The translations under genes were made by a program, and so were the position numbers. Shown piece by piece: positions 10,423 to 23,558 of a stretch of DNA of 64,000 nucleotides (positions are counted from its first letter, which is position 1; each line of letters begins with the position of its first letter). The notes beneath the pieces are model-generated. The model was not told where the DNA came from. It saw only the letters and a program-made list of their open reading frames with translations, and did not search any database. The DNA is from Carcharhinus amblyrhynchos. Its lineage: Eukaryota. The DNA lies in contig OZ336890.1 of the NCBI GenBank assembly GCA_965287045.1, positions 36,022,001 through 36,086,000 on the forward strand, read 5' to 3'.

Positions 10423-12544
10423 ACACCAATCAATCTGCAGCTATTGAGAGTGTTGTAATCAGAAATAATTAATGATATTGCACTGTAATTTTTTTTCCAT
10501 TACTTTGGAGTGAGCTCAGACAGTCACGAAGAAAGAATACCTTATAAAGTGCAAGGATTAATTTTAGATGCAATCAACTACCAACAAGTAAACAACAATT
10601 TATTAAGTTTTCAGAGGGTGGGGTGGGATTTGGTTATTGACTTCAGTTGAAACTATCAAATCAGATCCTTCTGGTGCACCGTCAAGAATACAATTCAGGA
10701 GGAACAAGTGTCATCAATTTATAAGGTTGCAATGTAATGGCTGTCTCCTATAGAAAGACAATGGATGAGATATTCCCCACACTTCACTGGTTAGGAGCAG
10801 GAGGAGCCCACTTAGCCTTTCAAGACTTCTTTGCCATTCATTCTTCCCACCTTCCCCCCACATCCTTCAATTTCCTTTGCCTCAAGATCTGTATCAGCCT
10901 TAACTACTTTCTGTGGTAGCAAATAATAGGCTCACCAGTTTCTGTGTGAAGAAACTTCTCTGTCATGTTTAATCTTGGCTATGTAAGATTGAGGCAGAGG
11001 TGTATTGTTCACATAGAAATGTATTCACGCATGAAGAAGCCTCGTATGTCATGCTATCCCATGTGTTCTGCTTCTTGGCAGAGCCTTCAGGCTATGAGCC
11101 CATATTCGGAGTCTATGTGCGCAGTTGTTGGCTGACTGTGTTTTCGACTTTCAGAGTGTGCATCTGCTAAACTCACCAATAAGTGGGCACACCTTGCCAC
11201 CTCAAAGTGATGAAGTTTGATGTCACCTTATTGTCCTGGCACTCAAATGTTAACCCTCAGCGTCTCTCACCCAGCAGTTGTGTGTCTTGTGGGGACAAGA
11301 GTCTCGTTATAAACTAAGGATACAGCACTGTCGTTCCTCACCTGAACAGCCACCAAGGTCACTGATGCTAATTCCAAATAGTGATTTCTGGCAGGGAATA
11401 GAGACTTTGAGCATGCTCTGGAAAAGTACATGGTTGGTTTAGGCAATGTGGAGGGAGCACTAGGTTAGGAGTGTGAAGTGGTCTCCATCGTGGAACAACA
11501 TGAGTACCGGCATTGTCCTTCCTTTCAATTCAATATGAGAATGAATAGTTACACATCAGGCTCATGTTGTCCTGATGCTTGGAAGGATGATGAAACCTTG
11601 GCAGAATGCTTCCTTACGGGGATGAGGTGCCAACTGGAGGATGGGGTGTTCCAATCTTACCTTTGTCGTTTCAGTAAGGAATTGTGCTTTTATGAAAGTT
11701 CACTGAGATCTCGGTGGGTAGAGTGCATTCTGTGATCTAGCACTGATGCAGACAGATGAGAAAACTGCAGCCTCAAATCCTACTCTCCGCTGTCTTACTC
11801 TGAACAGAGAGTGAGGCATGCAGTGAGCTGAGTCAGAGCAGGTTACATTGCCCTTGGAAAGGTGGCGGGGGGGGGGTGGTGGTGGGGAGCGGGGTGACCT
11901 TTACAAGAGATCGACTATTACCCAAGTACATGCATTGGTTCATTGGCCATTCTAAAAATAAGGTGGAAAAGACTTTAAAATCAAATAAACAATTCAACGT
12001 AATTTACATGGAGATACTGGTTGCACTAGTACAGGAACACACAATCGTCTACTTGTTTTTCTGTCTCTTGCCTGACCCCAAGCCTACCCCACCTCCCCCA
12101 TCATGTCTGCAGCTTTGGTTTGTGTTATTGATCTTGGACCACTGAGAAAACCGACTGGGTGAAGCATAATTCTGGCTTTTATCACCCTTGACTTCTCTAG
12201 AAGTCTTTCATTATCTGGCCAGCTGGACTTAACTGGCACACATGTTTACCATCATGTTAAACAACTCCAGCTCAACAGATTCCACCGCTCACACTTAACG
12301 TCAGCCATGACCTGACATTGTCTTTAACTGCATCAGCAGTTCCATGCACCAGTGAAGCATGAGTCTGCCTGCTTAGTGCCGTTCAACAATACGTGTGTTA
12401 CTAATTCCAATCCCTTACGTTTTAACCTTATTCTCGTTTCTTGTTCAAGGAATTTAAAAATAAGATTTACTGTAACACAGAACAAGCATAATATTTTTAA
12501 AAAATATCTTCATATATTTGTGCCTTGGGTCAGATTAGAACTGC

Positions 12545-12857
12545 TAATTGGTTAGCATTGCTGCCTCACTGTGTCAGGAACCCGGATTCAATTCCAGCCT
12601 CGGGTCAGTGGCCGGTGTTTGCACATTCTGCCCGTGTGTGTGTGTGGGTTTCCTCCAGGTGCTCCAGTTTCCTTCCACAGTCCAAAGATGTGCAGGTGAG
12701 GTGGCTTGGCCATGCTAAATTGCCCTTAGTATTAGGGGGACTAGCTATGGTAAATACGTGGGGTTACGGGGATAAGGCCTGGGCGGAATTGTTGTTGGTG
12801 CAGACTAGATGGGCCAAATGGCCTCTTTCCACACTGTAGGGATTCTATGATTCTATC
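12545..12857 (+). mobile_element. V-SINE, tail B
   Basis: V-domain and GGGATTCTATGATTCTAT tail. Confidence 0.92.
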
Positions 12858-13624
12858 ATTAGTTTTTGTTTCTAAAAGGTGATGGGTATGTCATGGCATT
12901 TTATTTGTGTTGTACGTATCTTCATTCGTGTGCCTGAGTTATAATAATGCCGTGCGGACATTATGGCACCATTTGATTTTCACCAGAACATCCTCATCAT
13001 TTGGGTTCTATCTTCTAAATTATCAGCATTTTGAAATGATCAATCAATCCAGTACAAATCAGTACCAATGCTAAAAAGGAAAGTTGCAATCACACATCAG
13101 CACAATTTGTTTCCTTCATGAAATAGCCAGGAGCTCTCTGTAACACTTGAATCTTTGCGTCCAGTAACATGATGGTCAGCGAGTTGGGCAAGACAGGAGA
13201 TGAGCCCTGATGACCATCATGTCCTGGATCCTCCAAACAGCCATCAAGCCTCGATTACCACTGGAGCCTGCTCTATTTTCAATCATCTTCAAGCTTGAAT
13301 TCACAAACTGTCACCAGATCATGAATATTTTCCCCTCTCCACCAACAGGTCTGGACTTTCTTCCTCCGTAACTTCATTTGTTTTGATTGAACTACATCAT
13401 TTTAAAAGACAGAGGAAAATTATATTATATTATGGTCACTCTTCCCTAAAGTTTCTTTTACAAGCTTATTAAATATCTCTTTCTATTGCATAGCTTCTCC
13501 CATGTTACATGGGGTTGCCACAATACCGATTGATTACCTTCATTCCAACTATCGTTTTTTGGGTTAGGCAGATGCTTATAAAGCCAAATGCCATTACTGC
13601 TACAAACCCTCGAGATAGTACCGA

Positions 13625-13740
13625 CACACACTGATGTGCTGGCACCACTGGCTGGGATTTTCCATAAAAACAAGTTTTCGAGTGGAACTTGAACCCAGGA
13701 CCTCCCAGCTCAGAGGCAGAAGAGCTAGCCATTCAGCACT
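13625..13740 (-). mobile_element. tRNA-headed SINE 5' fragment (Deu/SacSINE-like)
   Basis: Minus strand GCTGAATGGCTAGCTCTTCTGCCTCTGAGCTGGGAGGTCCTGGGTTCAAGTTCCACTC. Confidence 0.6.
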
Positions 13741-14116
13741 CCAGTTATTCTGGGGCATTTTATTGTATTAAAGGCAATATATAAGGGCAGAAATGTTTTT
13801 TTTCTGCATTTCCACTGTGCGCATCATTCAAAGCTCTGAACCATATTGCATGGCCGTCATGTTTTTCTTTCTCCCCGTGTAGCAAAAATATTCACAGAGA
13901 CATAATCAGACAAAACAGGATGATGCAATAAAAAAGATGACAGTAGAATGAGTGACCAAAGTGATGAAAGTTCTCAAAGGAGAGTGGGAGGGGTTGGAGA
14001 GAATTTCATATTAATGGACTGCGTGGACGGCACCAACTGAAGAGCAGGGACATGGAGAGGTGAACAAGAGGCCAGAGCTGAGCTTCCCTCTCTCTCTGTG
14101 CTCCTCCATTAACAGA

Positions 14117-14461
14117 GAAATCATAGAAACCCTACAGTACAGAGAGAGGCCATTTGGCCCATCGAGTCTGCACTGACCACAATCCCACCCAGGCCGTATC
14201 CCCATATCCCTACATATTTTACCCACTAATCTCTCTAACCTACTCATCTCAGGACACCAAGGGACAATTTAAGCATGGCCAATCAACCTAACCCGCACAT
14301 CTTTGGACTGTGGGAGGAAACTGGAGCGCCCGGAGGAAACCCACGCAAACACAAGGCGAATGTGTAAACTCTACACAGACAGTGACCCAAGCTGGGATTT
14401 GAACCCGGGTTCCTGGAGCTGTGAAGCAGCAGTGTTAATCACTGTGCTACCGTGCTGCCCC
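14117..14461 (-). mobile_element. V-SINE, tail B
   Basis: Full-length copy with head, V-domain and TTCTATGA tail. Confidence 0.93.
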
Positions 14462-14497
14462 ATGTGGATGCAGAGAATGCATGAGAGATAGTAAACA

Positions 14498-14852
14498 GGG
14501 TGGTATGGTAGCATAGTGATCAGCACTGCTGCCTCACAGCTCCAGGAACCTGGGTTTGATTCCCGGCTTGGGTCATTGTCTATGTGAGGTTTGCACATTC
14601 TCCCTGTGTCTGCTTGGGTTTCCTCCAGGTGCTCCGGTTTCCTCTCACTGTCCAAAGATGTGCAGGTTAGGTGGATTGGCCAGGGTAAATTGCCATTTAG
14701 TGTCCCAAGATGTGTTAGATGGATTAGCCATGGTAAATGTGTGAGATTACTGGGAATGGGCGGGGGAGAGGGCCTGGGTAAGATATTCTGTCAGAGAGTT
14801 GGTGTAGCCTTGATGGGCCAAATGGCCCCCATCAACACTAAGGATTCTATGA
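14498..14852 (+). mobile_element. V-SINE, tail B
   Basis: Full-length copy, head-to-head with the 14117-14461 copy. Confidence 0.93.
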
Positions 14853-15944
14853 ATGGCAGGTATTCCAAATTTTCCATTTTACTGCTTTGGAAAATGCACG
14901 AAACAACACCAGATTATAAATAATGCTGTTAATGACATGGGATACTGAACTGCATACAGTTGCAAATGATGTTGCTGCAGAGTAAATCATTTTTCACTTG
15001 CTGAAAGTTTAACAGTCCACTTACGCAGGCTTTTAAATTGAAAATGGATGACTCCCAGGCCAGGAACGTATTCTGGCACGAACAGTGGCCCTGGCACTTT
15101 CGGACAGCTCTGTAAGCTTATCCATTGCCTTAAACCCACTGAGTACTAAATCACTCTCGCACCTTACAGACCCCAAACATTTTCCATCGTTAAATGACCC
15201 CATTCACTAGCCCGTTGGGATTCTGCAGAAGCTCCCACCGTGACATTAAGCCCTTGCTGTCATTTTGGTATTGTTGAATGTTGCAACAATCGTGAGTAAT
15301 TAGCAGATAAAAGGAGATCATTTTGTTAAAATTCATTTGGATCACATCTGTTTTATGTACCTTTCAGTCACAAAGTGGCACAATGGGAGGACATCTCATC
15401 GATTTAACTGCGGCAGAGAAAAAAAACATTGAAGGAGAGCAGCTGATTCCAGTTAGATCAGTTAACGGGACAGAGAGAAAAAGATTTGCATTTATTTAGC
15501 CCTTTATCATGGATCTCAGAATCATCTCAAAGTGCTTCAAGGGCAATCAATTATTTATTTGGAGTGCAGTGTTTGCTAAGCCTCTTCAGATGCAAACGCA
15601 TTGCCATTCTTGTCATCTGTATAGAATAACAGTGTTCCACTTCGTATCTCGCTACTCTCTCAACAACACACAACTTGAAGGTGGCACTGTGTTTCTCAAC
15701 CTGGTGTTCCCTCGGAGAGAAGGAGGACACTTGTCACAGAGCACAGCCTGTGACAAGAACCTGAGTGAGGAGCCTTCTCATGTAAGGAGGCTGCTGTGCT
15801 ACAGCTCTGGCTGATTGGGAAATTCAAAACTCCACTGAGCAGAGGTTATCAAGCGTAAACCTTTCTCAGCCTTTATCATTGCCCCTTACATTCCGTTTGT
15901 CCAATTAGTCCCCGCCCCGCCGCCACCCTCATACTATAAATCTT

Positions 15945-16198
15945 AGTTTATTTATTTCTGTCAAAAGTCGGCTTACATGAACACTGCAACGAAGTTACTG
16001 TGAGAATCCCCCAGTCACCACACTCTGGTGCCTGTTCAAGTACACCAAAGGGAGAACTTAGCATGGCCAATGCACCTATCCAGCACATCTTTGGAGCATG
16101 GGAGGAAACCGGAGCACCCGGAGGAAACCCACGCTGACACAGGGAGAACATGCAAACTCAGTCAGTGACTCAGGCTGGGAATCGAACTCGGATCCCTG
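15945..16198 (-). mobile_element. V-SINE, tail A, missing the extreme 5' end
   Basis: V-domain and variant-A tail; fused to a Penelope-like terminal fragment at about 16205-16258. Confidence 0.88.
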
Positions 16199-16414
16199 TC
16201 CCAGCTCGAATTCTCTCTCCACAGATGCTGGCTAGCCAGCATTTTCTGTTTTTGTATCAAGCCTAAAACGTTTTAAAAAATCTAACAGATAGTCCACCTT
16301 TGATCTTTATCAGTTAAAGATATTTCAAAAGTTTTTTCCTCCTGAAAGATCTAGCCCCCTCTGTTTTGAAGCTGGCACTGGGCAGTGAACTATAACATTG
16401 GAAGATGAGAAATT

Positions 16415-16525
16415 TGGTGCAATACCAAGGGAGCATTGTGATAATGGCAGTATCGTCTTTGGGTTGAGGTGTTGAACTGAGTCTCTGTCTGCTCTCAGTG
16501 TGGAATATATAAGATCTCCCGGCCA
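16415..16525 (+). mobile_element. Deu-domain SINE fragment
   Basis: GCAATACCAAGGGAGCATTG..GTCTTTGGGTTGAGGTGTTGAACTGAG..TAAGATCTCCC resembles the recalled DeuSINE central domain. Confidence 0.55.
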
Positions 16526-18038
16526 GAGGCAAATAGACAATGAAACACACCGTGCCTGAGAAAAGGGGCCTGACCAATGGTGGTGGGAGGGGAGAAAGCA
16601 CCAAGCCAGCCAGTGCATTGAGCATCCAATCAGACCCTGATTACTCTACATTTTCTGATTGGCTCATTTGCATTTGTTGAGCTGATCAGCAGACAATGCA
16701 GCACAAAATCAGGCACGAATGGTGAGTCTGAAAGAATGAGAAAACACTGGTCCAAGCTGTATGAACGGTGAACTGGAAGTGTGCATGCACACATGAGGAA
16801 TAAATGGCGAGCAGGCGGTGAGAAAGGGTTGGCCAAGGTGCCAGGAAAATTAGCACATCAGTAGCAGCACCCTCACTATAGAGTGGCGGCCTCTGCATAT
16901 ACATGAAACAGATCGCACAAGACAAAAGGTGGATGTTTCGCTATATCTAGCAACAGGCCACAGCTGAATGTCCTTGCTAACAGCACCGAAGCTGTAATAA
17001 AGACATGATTAGGTGACCATTGTCTGAACGGACGTTCCATCCGTCCATCGCTAAAGGTTATGACATTATCAATGGGAAATGGGATGTGATTAAACAGCTA
17101 TTGTCTTGGGCCTATCACTTTGTATCATATGTAAATAATGTATCAGTGTGCATGTATAGAAACAACTATCTTCAGTAGAAGTTGTAAGAATTGCCCTGTA
17201 AAAAGGCTGTCAGTACACAATTGAGTAGAGCAGACTGAAGAAGCCCTAGGAACTCTTCAGTTCTCCTCTCCTTATCAATAAGAAGGCAGAAAAGAATTCA
17301 CCACTTGCGAACACTGTGTTTGAATATTGGCACAGGTTTGCAACTAGAGAAGCTGAGTGACTGCAAGGCACCGAAATCAAACTACCACGAGGTGAAGTCA
17401 GCCACTGAGCAGAGTAAATGGCGAGATGAGCAGGTGACCTGACCCAGAGCTGAGGGCAGGCCAGCGACAGTGAGGTGCTGAATGCCACCATGAGGTGAGG
17501 TCAGCCACTGAGTAGGGGAGCAAGGCGAACAGATTTGTGACTCGTCCTAGAGCAGGCCAGTAATAGCGAGGCACCAGGCATGATGATCCAATCAAGCTGA
17601 GCCACGATGAGATGGTGAGTGAGACATGAGACTGTCTCGAAGACCATAGGTGAATGAAGTGACTGAGAATGGGAGAGTGTGAGGCGTGGAGGGAGTATAT
17701 GAGAGGATGAGGGTGGGGGGAGAGCACTTGGAAGGTGGCTAGCCAGGGTTGCAGACTTGCAGGGACAGAGAGCGTGGGAGGATTGGGTTTCGTTTTGGAG
17801 GGATGGAGAGTTTATGATGGGATTGGGGGTCCACGCAAAGGGAGAGTTTGTGATTTGAGAGGTTAAATGGGCAGGAGAAGAGTAAGAATGAGTTGTTCAA
17901 AATCCAGAATCATCACTTCATTGTTAATCCAATGTTTTGCAGATCTTGAATTGAAGCTGATTAAAACTTGGGATTGGCTGAGCAAGCACCTACTCTTTCA
18001 GGTATGTTATTAAAATCAAAATCAGTTTCTTTAGCAAT

Positions 18039-19325
18039 ATGAAGCAACACTATTAATCTGGCAGTCAAAAACGCAGACAGCTGAAGGCTAGGGAAGAGAA
18101 TGAAGTTACGCAAAAAGACAGTTTTTCATTTTACTTTAAAAAGTGACGTATTGAACAGAGCACAAACTGCACATTCATCCTCATTCACCAAAGGTTGGGT
18201 GAATTATCCGCTGACTTAGACTTGCTGATTTCCAGAGAAACCACATCGTCTGAAAACGTTGAACAAGAAGTGGAATCTGAAGTGGCGATGGAACTACAAG
18301 ATATTTCTTCTGTTGAAGTGAGGGAAGAAACCTACCCTGAAGACATTGCCTTCCGTCTCAAACCTGTTCCACCAGGTATGATAGAATATTTCATACTAAA
18401 TTAACCAGAAAGCATAAGTAACATGGAAAATTTTAGAAATAAATTTAAGGTTGGAGGCTGGAACAAGGTTAAAAGTCTTCATAATTTCCATTTGCTGAGG
18501 CTGAAGAGAAATGGGGTGACAGAAATTAGAAACTGGATTTTTCTCAGAAACATCTGAGGCTATCTATTGTTGTTTGTAAATTATTCCCTAATATAAGGAA
18601 ACAAGCATTTGTCGGTGGCTACTCTAACTGCAGAAACACTGGAATAGATACTGTTGATCATAAAACTCATAGATCTCATATTTAGGCTATGTGTGCATTC
18701 ATTCAAAGATGTAAATTGTCTGGAAGAATTGATTCTGTGTTATTGGCTCAGTTTGAAACGGAGCGTGTGCTTATTGAAGGGAAATCCTGAGGTGTACTGC
18801 TGTCGCAGTCAAACTGCTGTCTTCTTTGGGACTGTCTCTAACAGGACATGACGAGTCATTGTTATCAATTCAAAGAAGTATTTTGTTTAGCCTGCCTTGA
18901 CTATCTCAGTGAATCTGATGAGCTTCCCAAAGAGCATTTATCAATATTTGAGGCTCAGGGAAGACCAACTTTTAACGTACAAAACCTATGATAGCTTCAC
19001 CACTAAATCGGAAGAGCGGTTCAGAAACCAATTTACTACTGAAGCTAAAGATGCCAAACACTATTCCATAATAATTGATTCAATCCCAGACGTGAGTCAG
19101 GTGGCCCAATTAACATTAATTTTAAGATAAGTGATCAGCGATGGTGAATTTGTTGAGTGACTTCTTTGTTTTGTCCAAATATAATTTCACACTTTTGAGT
19201 GTCTGGAGACAACTGTCTATGAAATCATTGCAAATTTAGGCTTGGACATCAAAAATTGCCAAGGGCAGAACTTCGACAATGTTGCAGATATGGCAGGAAA
19301 ACATTCAAGTCTACTGGCCTCTGGA
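18039..19325 (+). pseudogene. hAT transposase relic (ZMYM1/DUF4371, Tip100-like)
   Basis: Fragments MKQHY*SGSQKRR, RNWI..S..IYC..CKLF, LGLSLTGHDES and AKHYSIIIDSIPDVSQVAQLTLILR*VISDGEFVE..LGLDIKNCQGQNFDNVADMAGKHS. Many stops and frameshifts; 3'-truncated. Confidence 0.85.
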
Positions 19326-20699
19326 AGTCAACCAACCCATGTTATATAAGAGCACCTGCAGCAATAACACACTGTGGATGGCATGAGTAAGGTGAAGGTG
19401 GGATTTTTTTTCCCCTCAGTGAGAGGAAGTCACACTCTTGAGAGCTGCCAGCTTGCCACCCCTCATATTTTATGTGCACCCCCACATCAAGCCCAATGTT
19501 TTTCAGTTTAGATCATGGTTCTATAATAAAGCAGCACTGTGAATCAAAAGATAAGTTACCTAATTGTGGATAAAGGCCGCAGTTATAATGAAAGAAAATT
19601 ATCTTTATTGATTCCTATAAAGAGGTACCCCTAAACATTGGAGAATGCTTTGGCTCCTGTTAAATTGAAGCTTGTCCTCTATAACACAAATGTTTGTGTT
19701 TTTTTTAAATAGTATTGATTATACATCTTAATACAATGTTTATATGTAGTAATGATCCAAAGTTGGCTTATCTATTTATCTCAATTGGGCATGAGTTAGC
19801 AGCAGATTTGAAGAAGATTAAGAATGTGATGTTGGCAAGGTATTGAGCTAGTACCATATGGAACCTATGCAGGATTAAATGGAATTAATGTACTTTAGCA
19901 ACATAATATGCTTTAGCAACATATGCGGTGAAGAGTGCCAATGCAATGAAGGTTTTCTTTTCGCCACACATTATTCAGCCCCACAGTGTTCCAAGTAAAT
20001 GGACAATAACATTCAGAGTTCTGTTAATCTCCTTCTACTTTAGCCATTATTCCTCTTTTGATTGACTCCCATGACAGGTACAAATTCACTAACTTGCACT
20101 TAATCCTTTCTGGTTTCTGCTTAATCGTTTGTTTATGTAAAAATGTTCTATATCTCTATTGTGTTATATGCATGGCCCCGTCAGTCTGGTTACATTTTTT
20201 CTGCTATTTAAAATGGACAAATGCCGGGCTGATAAAATGACTCCAACTGATCACACGTTGACTTCTGGAAATTTCTGAGCAGTTTGAAAGCAACAAATGC
20301 TAACCCCTCAAACCCTCTGGTATAACACTCCTTTTTACACATAAGCATTCCAGCCGAGCCAATACAATGGATTAGCAGATAAGATGTCTGCCCCGGCCAG
20401 CTATGGTTAAAAGCAGCTGTGTGTGACTCCTCATCTCCAATATGGTGCTAATGGCCCATTATTACCTGCTCTAAAACACAATGGATTTCAACTAGGGTAG
20501 CCAAATAGTCCAACCCAAAACCACTCCATCATATCACCAAGACTTGAACCGTCTGAACTCCTTTAATTTTACATAGTTTTTGGATTTTATCTTCAGGGGT
20601 ATATGACTCAGCAATGATAAAGACCATGTAACTTGTGACAAATAAATAAACTTTAATGGGAGTTACTCTGAGTCACCTGTGGCTCCTGCAGATCTGCAC

Positions 20700-21754
20700 C
20701 TCCAGAAGGAAGGCACAAGATCAGTAAATATAGTCATCTACAGTCACTGTGCTTGCCAGGCGAGCTGAGGAGATGATGAAGACCTGCCATCTATATTGGA
20801 GCTTCAGTGAGCATTCTGGCTGCAACACTTCATTTTCTGATGCGAGGAGCCTGGTATGACAATCTGCACTCTCATCTTCATCCAAGACTCCCACCCACCT
20901 CACTAAGACCAGAGAGCAAATTGATATTCCAGTGCATCAATTTCATGCTATGTTAGTGGAAGCATTTCTCTACCTGTTCTGCCCTGTCGCATTGTCTTGT
21001 CCTGACAGAGAACAATAGAAAACCTTTGTCTCCCAAAAGCTTCATTCCAGATTCCCTCTCCTTTTGCCAAGGCATTTAGTGGGCCATTTCATTGTGGCGT
21101 ACCTCCCACACCAATACAATGAGGCCCATTGCACTGACAGTCCAGCCTTGGTAGGGCAAGCTTCAGTGTCAGTTGCAGAACCCTGAGTGCATGAGAAATG
21201 GGCAACCAACTACCCTCTGTGCACAAGTCCATGCCACTTACCCTTGCCACCCGCACAAGATCATTGAACCTTTTATGGCACTGAAGCCACGTTCAGCGCA
21301 CCACGTCATGCCCACTGACATAGACAGCAATCTCTGTCCAGAACATTTTTGATCAGGTGGGCTGGCCTTCTGTTGCTGTCCCTGGGCACAAGGATATGCC
21401 AACTGGCACTGACCTCCTCCATTAGGATTCCCAGGCAATCGTTGGAGAAATGGAGGGGGGAAGTAGACAGAGTGCCCACCCGATGTGCCTCCCACCTTCC
21501 ATGATCACCAGGTGCAAATGCCTTTGCCGGATAACGGGAATGTTGTTATAATGGTTGCACACACCTCCCTCAGCCTCCCTCACAATGCCTGGCATCCTTC
21601 AGGGATATTTTTAAACAACCCTCCCTGCAATCAGATCTTAGTTGGCCAACCAGCATAATATTGTATTAACAACGCAATCTTGGCCGGGAACAAGTTTTAA
21701 GTCTATTTCCGACTGCGCCAACCTCAAGCACACCCCAAATATAAAATTCAGGCC
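20700..21754. mobile_element. Degenerate Harbinger-type element remnant
   Basis: Right end TAAAATTCAGGCC resembles the local TIRs, and the composition is similar to other Harbinger relics. The left end is not defined. Confidence 0.35.
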
Positions 21755-21771
21755 ATACAATTATTGGACTT

Positions 21772-22065
21772 TACAAAACAGGAGGTGGCCATTCAGCCTC
21801 ATGTGCCTGTGATGGCTCTTTGACAGAGCTATCTAATTAATCCCACTCTTCTATTTTCCTCTCATCTTACAAATGTTACTTTTTGAAGTATTTATCCAAT
21901 TTTCCTGTTTAGAGTTACTTTTGAATCTGCTTCCATCTCCCTTTCAGGAAGTGCATTCTCAATAAAAAGTCTTCTCCTCATATCCCCTCTGGTTCTTTCA
22001 CCACTTATCTTCAACCTGTGTCGTTTGGTAACAGCTTGTCCTATCAGTAGAAAGAGTTTCTCTCC
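21772..22065 (-). mobile_element. CR1 LINE 3' end (degenerate)
   Basis: ORF 21892-22113 contains EKLFLL..TKRHRLKISGERTRGDMRR, the CR1 ORF2 C-terminus, followed by the CR1 3' UTR. Confidence 0.8.
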
Positions 22066-22242
22066 GCGACATCTGGGACATGAAATACTGAACCTTGGGA
22101 CATACAGCTTCAAAGTTAGGAACAGACAGCGTCTAAAAGTTACAGCTCGCTAATTAAGCTTCAGCTTTCTGTCTTAAAGTAAATGATTACGCCTAGCTAC
22201 AGATGGTGTATAATTATCAGTCGAGTCTTTGGAAGGAGACAG

Positions 22243-22425
22243 TTGGCTGGTCGCAGGATCTTCCCGTCCCTCTGATGGCTCTGAAATTTTGTGTGGCGCA
22301 CCCGTCCTGCTGCTGCGGAGTCTGCCATGGATAGGTATGGGGGGGTGGGGGTGCGCATGGGGGTGGTGGTAGGGGACAGTTTTGGCGGGACTGGAAGATC
22401 CTGTCGACGGGAAGGACTGGAAAAT
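22243..22425. mobile_element. MITE (Harbinger-type)
   Basis: Internal inverted repeat CAGGATCTTCCCGTCCC / GGGACTGGAAGATCCTG; right end abuts a SINE. Confidence 0.65.
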
Positions 22426-22728
22426 TTATGTTTATTTATTAGTGTCACAAGTAGACTTGCATTAACATTGCCATGAAGTTACTGTGAAAATCCCCTAGTC
22501 GCCACACTCCGGCGCCTGTTCGAGTAACACTGAGGGAGAATTTAACCTGGCCAATGCACTTAACCAGCACATCTTTCAGACTCGGGGAGGAAACCAGACC
22601 ACCCAGAGGAAACCCCACACAAACACAGGAAGAACGTGCAGACTTCACATCGACAATAACCTGGGGATCGAACTCGGGTCCCTGTGTTATGAGGCAGCAG
22701 TGCTAACTGCTGTGCTGCCGTGCTGCCC
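22426..22728 (-). mobile_element. V-SINE, tail A
   Basis: Full-length copy. Confidence 0.92.
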
Positions 22729-23084
22729 TCTATCTTTATCTTCTTGTTTTATCTGCATCTTTCTCCGAATTTTCTTCATGTATTTTTTATAGCACAGTTT
22801 TTAGAAGACAAGTATTTGACTTTTACTCTTATAAATATCCCATTGCTTCAACTCAAATTTAATAGATAACTGCAGATGGGTTAAACCCAAAAGCATTATA
22901 ACAATAATTTCCGATGAGATTACTGCAATGGTAATAATGATGACTGTGAATATTTAATACTAATAAAGTTGATGTTTTATAGGCCGCATTGTTGCACGAA
23001 TCATTGCTTTATTGCTGCCAATTTGAAGACTTCAATTTACATCTTCAAAACTAAATTTGGTGACACATTGCACAGATCTATGGT

Positions 23085-23558
23085 GACACAGATGCACCAT
23101 AGAAAGCATTTTTTCTGGCTGTATCACAGCTTGGTATGGCTCCTGCTCTGCCCAAGGCCGCAAAGAACTACAAAAGATCGTGAATGTAGCCCAATCCATC
23201 ATGCAAACCTGCTGCCCTTCCACTGATTCTGTCTACACTTCCCATTGCCTCGGCAAAGCAGCCAGCATAATTAAGGCACCCCAGACATTCTCTCTCCACC
23301 TTCTTTCTTTGGGAAAAAGATACAAAAGTCTGAGGTCATGTACCAACTGACTTGAGAACAGCTTCTTCCCTGCTGTTGTCAGAATTTTGCATGGATTTAC
23401 CTTGCATTAAGTTGATATTTCTCTACACCTTAGCTATGACTGTAATAGCACGTTCTGCACTCTCTCATTTCCTTCTCTATGAACAGTATGCTTTGTCTTT
23501 ATAGTGTGCAAGAAACAATACTTCTCACTGTATGTTACTAATAAATCAAATCAAATCA
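23085..23558 (+). mobile_element. Rex1/Babar-like LINE 3' end
   Basis: RCTIESI.SGCITAWYG..IIK..HSLFHLL motifs and AATAAATCAAATCAAATC tail. Confidence 0.88.

Noticed and set aside
11000-11800. Possible further Harbinger coding relic (GVFQSYL..)
   Set aside because: Too degenerate to align confidently by eye.
13168-13212. C/D-box snoRNA (ATGATGG..CTGA)
   Set aside because: The C box is imperfect and the span is only about 45 nt; reported only as a hairpin.
17943-18001. Exon-like segment TTTTGCAG|..CAG|GTATGT upstream of the hAT relic
   Set aside because: No supporting frame or homology; probably chance or part of the dead transposon.
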